Shown here piece by piece: positions 37,220-47,148 of a stretch of 64,000 bases of DNA. Below the pieces are notes generated by a model. That model was given only the letters and a program-made list of their open reading frames with translations, was not told where the DNA came from and searched no databases. Source of the stretch: a virus (lineage: Duplodnaviria; Caudoviricetes). How positions within the stretch are numbered: the first letter of the stretch is position 1; each line of letters opens with the position of its first letter. Made by a program: the position numbers and the translations under genes. The stretch covers positions 27,615 through 91,614 of IMG/VR virus record IMGVR_UViG_3300031951_000074. The stretch is one strand, 5' to 3'.

Positions 37220-39504
37220 TTTTTAGTCAACAGTTCCCCGTTTTTTACTTCGTAGTACTCATCGTACTTTCCAAAGCTGTAGTCGGTTCCCACATCTTGA
37301 TCTACACCGATCGGAGTATTTGGAATACTGCAGCCTCGATCGCGCTGAGTACAAGTCTTCAATACTTCACAGTAGCGCTCAACGTGTTCGTCTTTTACTA
37401 GTGCAACAATGGAGTCGTGTACTAGCATAAAGATTTTAGCATCCAGCTTCAAACGATTGATTTCGTCTTGAGCGTCCATTGCACCCAATAAGTTGATATC
37501 ACTACAAACGCTCTGTATTTCGGCATTGATTCCGCTTCTTACTTCGTGCGAAGCAATGCCCTTGTCTGCTGAAAACACATTTTCCAATCGTCGTTTACGA
37601 CCAAAGAAGCTGTATGTATAGCCGTTGGCTTCAATAAACTCTTTGCGAGCTTTCAACCAGCTTTTTAGTTTATTGAAACGTGTAAAGTAGCTGTCAATGT
37701 CGTCTTGAGCCTGCGATATTGGATAGTTTTCGCCTGTGGCTTTTGTAACACTCTCTGATACCTTTTTGGCCCCCGAACCGTATAAAATCCCGAAACTAAT
37801 AGCTTTTGCACTCTGCCGCATGTTGCTATACAGTTTCTTGACGTCTTCTACACTGCATGGCAGGTTGAATACCATTTTTGCAATACTAGAGTGAAAGTCT
37901 CCTTTGGAAACAAACACACTCTGTAGGTTTTTATCTCCACTCAGTACAGCTGCATAATACATCTCACCTGTTTGAAGGTCTTGTGAAACTATTTTGTAGC
38001 CGTCTGGGGCAATGATGCATCCTTTGATAATAGGATCATCACGAGGAATCTGCTGCGCATTAAACTTGCCACTTGAAGATAAGCGCCCACTTGTGGTAAA
38101 AATAAGATTGAAATTTGTACGAATTCGCCCATCGCGATCTAGTTCTGGTAGGATTTTAGAAACATAGCTAGATTGAATCTTGGCCAGTTGACGAACCTGC
38201 AGGATTTGGGCAGGCAGTGGATGTTGTTCACTTAATTCTTCAAGTACTTCGGCATCTGTTGATAGGGCTCCGGTTTTTGTGAGCTTGCCAGTTGGTGAAA
38301 GTCCCACATAGTCGAATAAAACAGTTCGTAGTTGTTGAACTGAGTTGGGATTGAAGATTTTGTTACTGTCTTGTTCAAAACGTTTTACCTCGTCAAACTC
38401 GTAGATCTTGCTTTTTGCAGCTTGGATCTTTTCGTCCAAGTAAGTCATTGCAGACTCCAAACGAGACTTGCTCATTGGAATACCCACTTCTTCCATTTCC
38501 ATTAAAAAGTGAGTTCCGCGAACTAGTAGGTTTTTGTATACCCAAGACAGTTTTGCGTTCTTTTCAATGAGTGGAAGAAACTTTTGATGTAATTCCCAAG
38601 TTACGCCAGTATCTTTTGCAGCATAAATTTTGATAATGTCAAACGGGATCAAGTCGTAAGTAAAGTCTTCTTCTTTGATTGCGTATTTTCTGCAATAGTC
38701 CTTTTTAAAAGTCTCCAACGGAGAATCATAGTCTCCGTAGTCTGTGTACTTCAACGCCAAGTCTTTTAGACTGTGAGAACTGTTTTCATCCAACACATAA
38801 TGCTGAAGCATTGTGTCGTGTGTTCTAGACTTGTTGAAGTTTAAGGAAATATGGTAACGCAACATTTTGAAGTCAAACTTCATGTTGTGCATTACTGCTT
38901 CGTACTTGTCTGAGATTTGTTGCAGTACTTCTAAATGGCGTTCGTCTAGAATATCTGTTAGAATATACCTGCCCTGCTTTGGTTTGTATGTCATGCTGAT
39001 ACCCAACACATAGCCGTCTCGAGGGTATAATGCAGTGGTTTCTGTGTCCCACGCCACATGAGTGGTATTGCTGTTCAATACTTCATAAAAGTATTGTAAT
39101 GCCTGCTCTGCATTGTCGATGCCATCAAAGTCTCCGGTCGATACGGGTTTAACATCACCAGACACATACTCATGAATCTTTTTTAGTGCTCTTTCAAAGT
39201 CTGGTTTGCCTTCTGGCTTGAATACCAGCATGCTGGGGTTTGTTAAACAAACGTACTTGTCGTTTGTTAATGTGCCCTGATAGTTTGTAACACTTGTAAT
39301 CTTTGCGTACTCTTTTGCAGGCTCTGAGCCTACCAGTATAATCAAATCGTACGGTTCCAACAGTTTAGGGTCTAGATCTACGTCTTTCTTTAGTAGCTTT
39401 TGAATGGGAACGCTACTCATGTGAAAAACATCAAACTCAAACTCAAAGTACTTTTTGTAGTCTGCTCGTGACGGTGCTTTATCAATTACTGCTATCTTTT
39501 TCAT
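37216..39504 (-). CDS. DNA polymerase, family A, with 3'-5' exonuclease
   Basis: 'DTETT', 'HNMKFD', 'YAAKD', 'TTSGRLSS', 'RQSAKAISFGILYG', 'VHDS'. Confidence 0.95.
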   Translation of the reverse strand: MKKIAVIDKAPSRADYKKYFEFEFDVFHMSSVPIQKLLKKDVDLDPKLLEPYDLIILVGSEPAKEYAKITSVTNYQGTLTNDKYVCLTNPSMLVFKPEGKPDFERALKKIHEYVSGDVKPVSTGDFDGIDNAEQALQYFYEVLNSNTTHVAWDTETTALYPRDGYVLGISMTYKPKQGRYILTDILDERHLEVLQQISDKYEAVMHNMKFDFKMLRYHISLNFNKSRTHDTMLQHYVLDENSSHSLKDLALKYTDYGDYDSPLETFKKDYCRKYAIKEEDFTYDLIPFDIIKIYAAKDTGVTWELHQKFLPLIEKNAKLSWVYKNLLVRGTHFLMEMEEVGIPMSKSRLESAMTYLDEKIQAAKSKIYEFDEVKRFEQDSNKIFNPNSVQQLRTVLFDYVGLSPTGKLTKTGALSTDAEVLEELSEQHPLPAQILQVRQLAKIQSSYVSKILPELDRDGRIRTNFNLIFTTSGRLSSSGKFNAQQIPRDDPIIKGCIIAPDGYKIVSQDLQTGEMYYAAVLSGDKNLQSVFVSKGDFHSSIAKMVFNLPCSVEDVKKLYSNMRQSAKAISFGILYGSGAKKVSESVTKATGENYPISQAQDDIDSYFTRFNKLKSWLKARKEFIEANGYTYSFFGRKRRLENVFSADKGIASHEVRSGINAEIQSVCSDINLLGAMDAQDEINRLKLDAKIFMLVHDSIVALVKDEHVERYCEVLKTCTQRDRGCSIPNTPIGVDQDVGTDYSFGKYDEYYEVKNGELLTKK

Positions 39505-40351
39505 TAATCCATTCCTTTATGCTGTTAACGTATTCTTGCGACAAATCGCCAGGGTCCTGAGTTTCTTCCAACACTATTTTTTCAACCAAATAGTTGCATT
39601 CTTGAAGAATGGGCTCTAGCTTTTCCATTGCTTTTTGACCAGGCTCATCGCCGTCGTACATTAAGTAGATTTTGTTTATTCCTTGTGTTTTTAGACTTAA
39701 TAGCTTTAATTGTGCGTCTTCAAAAAGTGTGTTTGTGCCAAAAGTACAAGCAACATTCTTTAAGCCTTTGTCGTACAAGTTCAGCATATCAAATATGCCT
39801 TCTACTAACACAACACTCTTTGCGTCTTCAAATACTTCTGGATAGATAGGAAGTCTTACTCCGGACGGATAGTTTAAGTATCTAGGATTTCCACTACTCA
39901 ACATATGTCTTCCAACAAACACCTGAATCTTATTTCTCAAGTCTTTTATTGGAAACCAGATTCTGTCTTGAAGTTTTTCATCCCCTGTTGTAGTGCAAAA
40001 CGCATCAAAGTGCTTTAGTGTTGCTGTACTTATTCCTCTAAAAGGCTTTGTTATTGGAACCTGTCGCTCTGGAAACTCAACACCGTTCATGCTAATATTT
40101 AGGTTTTCTAACTTCTTTTTTAGCTTTGCTATTTTAACACTGTACGGTGTTGTTGTTATTCCAAAATACTTGAATATGTTTGTTTTAAACCCACAACTAA
40201 AGCAGTGTGCTATTCCACTGCTTTTGTCGATTCTAAAGCTGGGGTTTCTGTCGTCGTGATCTGGGTTTAAACAATGTGTGACCCAGTCTTGACCACTACT
40301 TGTGGCTGGTATGTTGTTCTTTTGTAAAAGCTGTAATACTGGGTCTGACAT
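39482..40351 (-). CDS. DNA primase
   Basis: Zn finger (C..P.H...CFSC) and TOPRIM 'VEGIFD', 'DGDEPG'. Confidence 0.92.
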   Translation of the reverse strand: MSDPVLQLLQKNNIPATSSGQDWVTHCLNPDHDDRNPSFRIDKSSGIAHCFSCGFKTNIFKYFGITTTPYSVKIAKLKKKLENLNISMNGVEFPERQVPITKPFRGISTATLKHFDAFCTTTGDEKLQDRIWFPIKDLRNKIQVFVGRHMLSSGNPRYLNYPSGVRLPIYPEVFEDAKSVVLVEGIFDMLNLYDKGLKNVACTFGTNTLFEDAQLKLLSLKTQGINKIYLMYDGDEPGQKAMEKLEPILQECNYLVEKIVLEETQDPGDLSQEYVNSIKEWINEKDSSN

Positions 40352-40352
40352 T

Positions 40353-41729
40353 TTATAAATTCCAAGGTATGTCGCTGCTGCTATCGTCTACTTCTTTTGT
40401 CTTTTTTACTTTTTTGATCGTTTCTTTCTTCTCTGGGGCATCAATAGAATTAGGACTAATTCTCAAGGTTTCCCAATTTATAGGAGAAGTTATTGTAAGC
40501 TCGCTCGCACCTCTGATCTTTGTAGTGCTAAAAGTAAGTGCGGCTTTTTCTTTGTCGTGGGCTTCCATTACCAGTGCAATATCTGCTGCATCTAAAATGC
40601 CTTTGGCAAATCTTGCTTCGCCACTTGCATCTATTTGATAAGGAGAAACCATTACTATTTCGTACTTTCGTGCCAAGTTTTTGAGTTTTTTACTGATTTC
40701 TATCTGAGGCTGCCAGTCGTATTGACTAGCACCTTCTATTACAATTTGGTTTAAGTAGTCTACAACACAAACAGTAAACTTGTCTCCAAACTTAGATTTC
40801 AGCTTTCCTAAGTGCAAATCTAAGCTGGTAATGGTAAGAGCTCTGTCGTCAATAATAATCATTTGATTATCTTGATTCAGTGCTTTTTCTCGTACCAGTC
40901 TGTTTTCAAAGCGATAACGATCTCGAGTTCTACGGAACTCGTCTACCAGATCGTCTGCGTCTTGAAACATGCCGGCTCGTGCTTTTACCAGTTTTAACAA
41001 GTCTTCTTCTGTTAACTTGTTTTGCTTGATGGCCTGATGGTTTACGTCGGCCAGAATACTCATGTTTCGTTCTAGTACTTCTTTTGCTGTCATCTCAATT
41101 GTGAATATAACAGCAGTGTTTCCGTTTTCGTACTGATTTACAAGAATATTACTACTACAAATAGATTTGCCACTGCCTCTTTTGCCACCTATCAAGATCA
41201 GTTCTTGTCGTGCAACACCACTGAGTGCAGCATCAAAACTATTATTGAATCCAAGAAACACTCTGTCTCGTGCAAGGTCTTCTGGATTTGTAAACAGCAG
41301 TATGTCTGACATATTGTAGACCCCTTCGGTTGTTAGGGTCTTGTCTTCTAGTGTCAATACAATGCTGCTCAAATTGTCTTTTATTTCCTGACTGTCGTAT
41401 ACCGGTAGTTTGTCGATAAACTTGTCTAAGAGCTTTATGGCCTCATTTTGTGTATACTGATCAATCAGGGCATTTAGTGCCACTTCTGCACTAATGTCTT
41501 CGTTTGTTGCTAGTTTTACGGTTGCCAGCGTTCTAAGTGCTGGACCTTCTCGTAGTGTTAGCTCTAGTTCGTCGAAACTTGGAATGTTACTGTAGTTATC
41601 GTAGTACTTAGAAATAGCACTATATAAACTGCTAAAGGCTGGATCCAAAAAGGCGAGTTTTAGCCTAGACCAAATATCCAAGTTTCTTTCTACTAGCAGT
41701 TTATTTAGTACAATAGCACTACAATCCAT
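40353..41729 (-). CDS. Replicative DnaB-like helicase (T5 D6-like)
   Basis: 'GGKRGSGKS', 'IEM', 'VDYLNQ', 'RFAKGILDAAD'. Confidence 0.88.
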   Translation of the reverse strand: MDCSAIVLNKLLVERNLDIWSRLKLAFLDPAFSSLYSAISKYYDNYSNIPSFDELELTLREGPALRTLATVKLATNEDISAEVALNALIDQYTQNEAIKLLDKFIDKLPVYDSQEIKDNLSSIVLTLEDKTLTTEGVYNMSDILLFTNPEDLARDRVFLGFNNSFDAALSGVARQELILIGGKRGSGKSICSSNILVNQYENGNTAVIFTIEMTAKEVLERNMSILADVNHQAIKQNKLTEEDLLKLVKARAGMFQDADDLVDEFRRTRDRYRFENRLVREKALNQDNQMIIIDDRALTITSLDLHLGKLKSKFGDKFTVCVVDYLNQIVIEGASQYDWQPQIEISKKLKNLARKYEIVMVSPYQIDASGEARFAKGILDAADIALVMEAHDKEKAALTFSTTKIRGASELTITSPINWETLRISPNSIDAPEKKETIKKVKKTKEVDDSSSDIPWNL

Positions 41730-42028
41730 TAGGTCACTCTTGATTCATTGTCTATGATAACTTGATTAAGTATTTCCTCAACTTTTGCTAGTATGTCGTT
41801 TCTCAACTCTTTTATTTCGTGCTGATAAAACGCTTTTTTATCAAAAATAATACTTAACTGCTTGTGTGTTATTAACTGCTGAATGCCAAAATAAATGGCA
41901 TCGTACGCTATCCAGCTTTCAGGCGTTATTTCTACTGTTACATTTTTGCCGTAATTGTGCTGTGCTTGGCGCACGATTTCCTCCACAGTCAAGCTGTCGA
42001 GGTCGTGATATGATATGTTTACCTTCAT
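41729..42028 (-). CDS. Hypothetical protein
   Basis: 99 aa, coupled to its neighbours. Confidence 0.65.
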   Translation of the reverse strand: MKVNISYHDLDSLTVEEIVRQAQHNYGKNVTVEITPESWIAYDAIYFGIQQLITHKQLSIIFDKKAFYQHEIKELRNDILAKVEEILNQVIIDNESRVT

Positions 42029-42288
42029 TTATATTTTTGTTCCAAAGCCTCAAGCTGGGCCAGTTCTACTAATTCTTTTTTGTGTTTCTCTTTTAAGTCG
42101 ATCAGCTCTTTTTCTTGATTTACAAACAGCTTTAGTCGCTTGTTGGTGTACCCCAGGCTTAGACCACGATGTGCAAGATTGTATTCTGGAGAATACAGCT
42201 TCCAGTCTGTTCCCACTACGCCGGCCCGGATTTTGAATTCTGACCAGCTCTTCTCGTCGTCGTAAATAGCACTGATTGATGAACCCAT
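42025..42288 (-). CDS. Hypothetical protein
   Basis: 87 aa, GAGG RBS. Confidence 0.6.
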   Translation of the reverse strand: MGSSISAIYDDEKSWSEFKIRAGVVGTDWKLYSPEYNLAHRGLSLGYTNKRLKLFVNQEKELIDLKEKHKKELVELAQLEALEQKYK

Positions 42289-42304
42289 ATTATTTCCTCA
42301 GAAC

Positions 42305-42344
42305 AAAAAGGCATAGAGCTTTTTAGTTCTCTATGCCTTTATTT
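42305..42344 (-). terminator. Rho-independent terminator after the D5-like gene
   Basis: AAAGGCATAGAG/CTCTATGCCTTT stem. Confidence 0.8.
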
Positions 42345-42358
42345 ATACAATCTGTATA

Positions 42359-43105
42359 TTACTCAGCAGATTTGGCTTCTGCTTTTGCCTTCTTGGCAGC
42401 ACCATCATAGTCTGCTACCTTGATACCACGGCGAGTCAGCATTGTCTTGATGCCGCGCTCGGTCTTGTCTACAGCCTGTGCGATCTGTGTAACAGTCATG
42501 GTATTGATCTTGTCGCCAAGTTGAGCAACTGGATCTGGCTGTGCATTGCTGTGTGAAGTCTTTTGAGCGGGGATCTTTGAGATCTGGCCGTTGCGAGTAA
42601 GGCTGAGTGCCTTTCCGCGAACTGAGGCAATGGTCTTTCCAAGAGCGTCTGCAATGTCTTCGATAAACTTGCCAGACTCTGCCATCTTTACGAAAATGGC
42701 TTCTTCTTGTTCTGAATAAGACTTGGCAGCCTCTACCTTTTCAGCTGGCTTGACCATGCCGGTAAGTTCCATGCTCAAAATCTTGCCCTGAATTTCCTTG
42801 GCAGAGAACTTGCCTTCCAAGAACACTTCTGAGATCTGCTTGTAGGTCATTGTGCCTGAGTTTTGCTCAACAAAACGTGCAAGGCTTTGTGCTTCTTGGT
42901 CTGAGAAGCGTGAGACCTTTACCTTAGCCAGTGAGGCTACTTCACGGTCTAGCTGACGTAGCTTTGATGCTACTGAACGGGTAGATACACCTAGTTGTGC
43001 TGCTGCGGCTTCTACGGTTTCGGCACTGACTGGGGACTCGTTTCCTACTGCGGCTAGTAGAGTTTGAACTGCTTCGTCTGACCACTTCTTGGTTTTTTCT
43101 GTCAT
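42359..43105 (-). CDS. D5: DNA-binding transcription regulator (T5 D5-like)
   Basis: Repeated HTH-like units; 'RSVASKLR', 'SVRGKALSL', 'LTRRG...DYDG'; T5 synteny. Confidence 0.85.
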   Translation of the reverse strand: MTEKTKKWSDEAVQTLLAAVGNESPVSAETVEAAAAQLGVSTRSVASKLRQLDREVASLAKVKVSRFSDQEAQSLARFVEQNSGTMTYKQISEVFLEGKFSAKEIQGKILSMELTGMVKPAEKVEAAKSYSEQEEAIFVKMAESGKFIEDIADALGKTIASVRGKALSLTRNGQISKIPAQKTSHSNAQPDPVAQLGDKINTMTVTQIAQAVDKTERGIKTMLTRRGIKVADYDGAAKKAKAEAKSAE

Positions 43106-43106
43106 T

Positions 43107-43862
43107 TTAGATTTCTTTCTTTAAAAATTTGTCGAGGTTACTGATGATTGTTATGCCATAACTGTCTGCTTTTTGTCTTTTTGTGCTGTTATCGTTTGCT
43201 TCGTCTACCAAATAGTCAAGCGACTTTGTGACAGACTCTACTACTTTATAACCGCCTTCTTCTAGAGCTTTTTGTGCTAGTGCTTTTGTTTTGAAGGTTT
43301 TTAGCTTGCCAGTGATGCATACTGTGGCCAAATATTCTTTGGCCTGTTGCTTTGATGCAGAAGTCCAGGAAAATGGCAAAAATTCCTGAAGCTCTGCTAG
43401 TTCTGAGTTGATCCAAGCCATAAGGTTTTGTGTGGCCTTATCGCCTAGTCCAGCTTCTTTACATTTGGTTTCGGTTATCTCACTTACATGATTTACTACA
43501 CCTGAAATCTTCTCACTTGCCGTAGACCCGATAAGTGGAATAGAAAAGCTCTGTAGCACTACGCTGAGCTTTGCAGACTTTGACAATTCTATTTCTTGAA
43601 AGAGTTTTTCTGCAAGTCTTGCACTGCCAAGAGCAATTTCTACTTCTTTTTGATCTAGAAAGTAAATTTCGGTGATATCGTTGAGTGATAGTTTTTCAAG
43701 TGTTTTTGGGCCCATGCCCTTAATACCAATTGTTTTACAAAAATGTTCAATCTTTTTGAACACTTGAGCATCGCACAGGGGGTTGCGGCAAAACAATTGT
43801 TCATTGATTGTTTCAAGGGTATAGTTGCAGCAGGGGCAATTATTTGGTATGGTAATTTGCAT
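43107..43862 (-). CDS. NAD-dependent DNA ligase, subunit B (Zn finger, HhH, BRCT)
   Basis: CPCC...C...C, 'IKGMGPKT', BRCT 'VCITGKL...VTK..DYLV...K.KA'. Confidence 0.9.
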   Translation of the reverse strand: MQITIPNNCPCCNYTLETINEQLFCRNPLCDAQVFKKIEHFCKTIGIKGMGPKTLEKLSLNDITEIYFLDQKEVEIALGSARLAEKLFQEIELSKSAKLSVVLQSFSIPLIGSTASEKISGVVNHVSEITETKCKEAGLGDKATQNLMAWINSELAELQEFLPFSWTSASKQQAKEYLATVCITGKLKTFKTKALAQKALEEGGYKVVESVTKSLDYLVDEANDNSTKRQKADSYGITIISNLDKFLKKEI

Positions 43863-43887
43863 GGGTCTTTAACTAATCAAGAACACT

Positions 43888-43916
43888 ATTATAGCCTAAA
43901 AGATACCGTCGTACAA
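43888..43916 (-). promoter_or_regulatory. Sigma70-type promoter TTGTAC-N17-TATAAT
   Basis: 17-nt spacer, AAAATTT upstream. Confidence 0.72.
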
Positions 43917-43982
43917 CATTAAATTTTTAATGCTCGACGTAGCCAATTCTTGCTTTTTGGTTGAAAGTGGGCAGCTGCTGAG

Positions 43983-44159
43983 TCAATCATGCAGCCACTC
44001 CCTGGTAATACGTCTCATGGTTTTAAGATAGTCCAGCAATATCTGATTTTCTTTGTAGATATGCTCCAAAGCGTCTGCAGCTTGTTCAATCAAGTCTGGA
44101 TTTGCTCCGGTTTCGGGTACAGCCCTCAGTTGTTGTACAATGTCTTGGACGTTAAACAT
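43983..44159 (-). CDS. Small hypothetical protein (MFNVQDIVQQLR...)
   Basis: 58-aa ORF read manually, AAGGA RBS; 'DIV..LR...AAD.LE' motif. Confidence 0.55.
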   Translation of the reverse strand: MFNVQDIVQQLRAVPETGANPDLIEQAADALEHIYKENQILLDYLKTMRRITREWLHD

Positions 44160-44760
44160 AGTTCTTTTCCTTTAGCTTGGCCTCAACGGCACGGACAATG
44201 TCTGCCCAATCACCGCCCTCAAGACCATCGTCAAAAATCTGTACAATTTCCTCATTAGTCAGACTCACCCACTCGACTCGAGGTGGAACGGTGTAGACCA
44301 CATCACCCTTGCGTACAGAAGTGCTTTTAAAGTGGCAAATGTCTCCCAGTTTGCCAGTGATCTTGTAGGCCGACGGATCTTGTTGTTCTTGAGCCCACGT
44401 CCCGCAGTGAATGCATCGGTACTGCCCAGGTTTCATGCCTCCGGTTCGGAACCATTCGTGGTTGTGCGAAATTGCCGCCGGTTCCTGCGCCAGCGCGAGC
44501 TTGTGCATCGTCCAGTCCCGAATCCACACCCGCAGGAACTCTCGGGCAGACTGGCGGGCACCAGGAGCTGCGCCTAGACCGTCCAGAATCGCGTTCAGTT
44601 GGGCAACGCTCGGCTCTGGGCTGTACCCCTGATCTGGTTGCTCCAACACTGCGTCTAAGGCGATAAGGGCTTCGGACCAGTTGTCACATCTGCCGCGATA
44701 GGCAAAGTCTTCCAATGCCTTTATGGCTTTTTCTAATACTGCTTCGTCAACCGTCTTCAT
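44152..44760 (-). CDS. Mosaic hypothetical protein (QEP...VEAKLKEKN family)
   Basis: ATG at 44760; GC-richer middle; CxxC; 'WVSLTNEEI...VRAVEAKLKEKN' terminus. Confidence 0.6.
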   Translation of the reverse strand: MKTVDEAVLEKAIKALEDFAYRGRCDNWSEALIALDAVLEQPDQGYSPEPSVAQLNAILDGLGAAPGARQSAREFLRVWIRDWTMHKLALAQEPAAISHNHEWFRTGGMKPGQYRCIHCGTWAQEQQDPSAYKITGKLGDICHFKSTSVRKGDVVYTVPPRVEWVSLTNEEIVQIFDDGLEGGDWADIVRAVEAKLKEKNYV

Positions 44761-45100
44761 TTTTGTACTTTTTCCACAGTGCTTCATGCAACTCAGTCCA
44801 GTATTCCATGTCCATTGCAGTTGGTTCGTATGTTTCATCGAACACTATGTCGTTTGCAATTTGCAGTTTAATAGTTTTTCGTGCTTCAATGCGTAGCAGG
44901 GTCTGCAGTTGTGGAAGACTCCAGTTGATGTTGTCGTACAGCTCCTGGGCTTTTTCAGATACCTTTGGATCTAATGCAATTTCTGTCTCCATTTGTATTA
45001 GATCGTTTAGTGCCTTGACTGGGTCCTCATCATGTGAAGGGTTGTAGATGTGCAGACTCACCAAACGATCAATGACAGCATCTTTCCAATTATTGTTCAT
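44747..45100 (-). CDS. Hypothetical protein
   Basis: 117 aa; 'WKDAVID..V...DP.KAL..LI...ALDP.VS'. Confidence 0.6.
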   Translation of the reverse strand: MNNNWKDAVIDRLVSLHIYNPSHDEDPVKALNDLIQMETEIALDPKVSEKAQELYDNINWSLPQLQTLLRIEARKTIKLQIANDIVFDETYEPTAMDMEYWTELHEALWKKYKNEDG

Positions 45101-45251
45101 GTTTATTTAGTTTGTATTGTAGACGTGCTGCTATAGCTGCCCACATTGCTACGCTTAGTTGTGATGTCGCCAAAGCCCAATGTTGGTCGGCAAGCGACAT
45201 TCCGCACAACACCAAGTTCAAAGCACATATTGCTAGTGATAATACTATCAT
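45090..45251 (-). CDS. Small membrane protein
   Basis: 53-aa hydrophobic ORF (MIVLSLAICALNLVLCG...) overlapping the ligase A stop by ATGA. Confidence 0.45.
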   Translation of the reverse strand: MIVLSLAICALNLVLCGMSLADQHWALATSQLSVAMWAAIAARLQYKLNKHEQ

Positions 45252-46195
45252 ACTTTGTACACAATCTCAGGAATGATTTCGCCTGCTCGACGAATGCCTA
45301 CTACATCACCAATACACAACTCCAGTGCTTTGATAAAGCCAGGATTGTTCAACGTGGCTCGGCTCACTGTTGCATCGCCTACCATAACGGGTTCCAAGAT
45401 GGCTACAGGAGTTACTTTGCCTGTCTTGCCAACTTGCCATTCCACGTCCAGCAACACAGTCTCAACACACTCCTGACGAGTCTTCAACGCATAAGCACCA
45501 CGAGGATGCTTGCTGGTGTGCCCCAGTTCATCAAAGCGTTCATTGTTGTCTACACGAAATACCAAACCATCAGTGGGATAGATCTTTTCCAGGTGGTTAT
45601 CAAACACAGTAGAAAAGCCCACTGCACTCAGTGTGTTCATGTCTTGAGTGAAGGTTTCGGTTAGATATGGATACACACCATATGCAAAAAACTCAACACT
45701 GCGAGTTTTCCACTCTGACAAGTCACTCAAGTTCAAGCTGCCTGCTGCATAGTTGCGAGCATTCTCAATGTGACTCGGAGCACACACTTCTCCAGTGATC
45801 TGAACTGTGTGACCCCAGAAGTCTGGAATCTTGACAGGAACCAGACGAGCTACCTTGTCTGTTACATCACGACCGTTCACACCATCGCCTCGGGTGAGTG
45901 CACGAACAAAATTGCCGTTTACGTATAGCACACTGATTGCTGCACCATCCAGCTTTACAGTGACTGCAATGTTCTTTTCGTTGTGCAGTGGGCTGGGCTT
46001 GTTTGAGTCTTCGTAGTGCTTTTGAAGACTGTACATTTGATACATATGGGCTTGTGAGTCACCCCACTCACTGCTACCTACTTTGTTGTAGTTTGAGATA
46101 GCCGCCAGTCGATCAAACTGTTCGTCAGAGATGATGGGCACACCGTTGTAATATTGACGGCTGCACTCGTCTAGATAGTTGTGTAGTGTTTTCAT
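45248..46195 (-). CDS. NAD-dependent DNA ligase, subunit A (adenylation and OB domains)
   Basis: 'KLDG', 'LTRGDG..G.DVT', 'RNYAAGSL', 'DGLV', 'WQVG.TG.VTPVA', 'RATL.N', 'GEIIP'. Confidence 0.93.
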   Translation of the reverse strand: MKTLHNYLDECSRQYYNGVPIISDEQFDRLAAISNYNKVGSSEWGDSQAHMYQMYSLQKHYEDSNKPSPLHNEKNIAVTVKLDGAAISVLYVNGNFVRALTRGDGVNGRDVTDKVARLVPVKIPDFWGHTVQITGEVCAPSHIENARNYAAGSLNLSDLSEWKTRSVEFFAYGVYPYLTETFTQDMNTLSAVGFSTVFDNHLEKIYPTDGLVFRVDNNERFDELGHTSKHPRGAYALKTRQECVETVLLDVEWQVGKTGKVTPVAILEPVMVGDATVSRATLNNPGFIKALELCIGDVVGIRRAGEIIPEIVYKV

Positions 46196-46228
46196 AGTAT
46201 CTATTATACAACAATAATTGATTAAATT

Positions 46229-46495
46229 CTAGTCTTTAATTCTAGAACTAATATGCTGTTTGATTGAATCCCACCCTTCACTCTTGCTTAACACATCCAA
46301 CAATCCGTCTAAAATATTATAAGTATTTTGAATAGTTGCTGGAATACTTGCCCCTTCTTTGCTTGGATGGTAGTCACCGTCATAGGTTAAAAAATATTTT
46401 CGAAGGTGTATATACTCCACGTCCCTAAACGTACTGTACGTTAGTCTGTATTGATAGCCTTTTTCTTCATTTTCATAAATTGTTTTTTCGTACAT
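46229..46495 (-). CDS. PC4/p15-like ssDNA-binding protein
   Basis: 'STFRDVEYIHLRKYF...PSKEG'. Confidence 0.75.
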   Translation of the reverse strand: MYEKTIYENEEKGYQYRLTYSTFRDVEYIHLRKYFLTYDGDYHPSKEGASIPATIQNTYNILDGLLDVLSKSEGWDSIKQHISSRIKD

Positions 46496-47103
46496 TAGGT
46501 TATTCCGTATTCTTTTAAGTGTTGTAGACTTGCTAGCTCAGATGCTGGCTGCATTGCATATTGTTGCCAACGATCGCTAACTAGCCAGATTCGGTAAACC
46601 TTTTCTAGATGGTGTGGAACTTCTGCTTCGATTGTGCAAAGGCTGTCGTATCGTGCACTGTAAACTTTTTCTCCAATGGAAAATTGTGTTCTTACACAAT
46701 CTTCTGGAATGAGTTCTGGTTTAAAGTAGTCGTGCTTTCGCTGACGGCGAGGAATGTTGTAGGTGTTCAATACTTGGGTTACAAAAGTTGAGGGTCTGTG
46801 AAGAGACTCGCTGATCTTTTCTACCGACTCTCCGTTGAGATAGTATTTTGCAATATAACTGATCTCGTCTTTTGTTGCAGGCATACCGCGCTTTTGAGCC
46901 CTCAGCCGCTTGTCTCTTTCCTGACTTTCACGATGCTTTTCAAGGATCTTGTCTAAGCGAGTGGTATTGTAGGCAATGTTCAGGATTTCACAAGCTGCTT
47001 TTTTGGTGATGGGCGGCACAGCACTCAACAGCTTTAACACCCTTTCAATGTTATTTGAATCCAGCTTTTCATTTTCACCATTCTTTGTTTTCTTGTTAGC
47101 CAT
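46495..47103 (-). CDS. Putative DNA-binding protein (T5-like)
   Basis: 'TKKAACEILNIAYNTTRL' and HTH-like segments. Confidence 0.65.
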   Translation of the reverse strand: MANKKTKNGENEKLDSNNIERVLKLLSAVPPITKKAACEILNIAYNTTRLDKILEKHRESQERDKRLRAQKRGMPATKDEISYIAKYYLNGESVEKISESLHRPSTFVTQVLNTYNIPRRQRKHDYFKPELIPEDCVRTQFSIGEKVYSARYDSLCTIEAEVPHHLEKVYRIWLVSDRWQQYAMQPASELASLQHLKEYGIT

Positions 47104-47124
47104 ATATGATCTCCTGAAAAAATT

Positions 47125-47147
47125 AAAGCGGCACGAGGCCGCTTTTT
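47125..47147 (-). terminator. Terminator hairpin
   Basis: AAAGCGGC/GCCGCTTT. Confidence 0.65.
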
Positions 47148-47148
47148 A

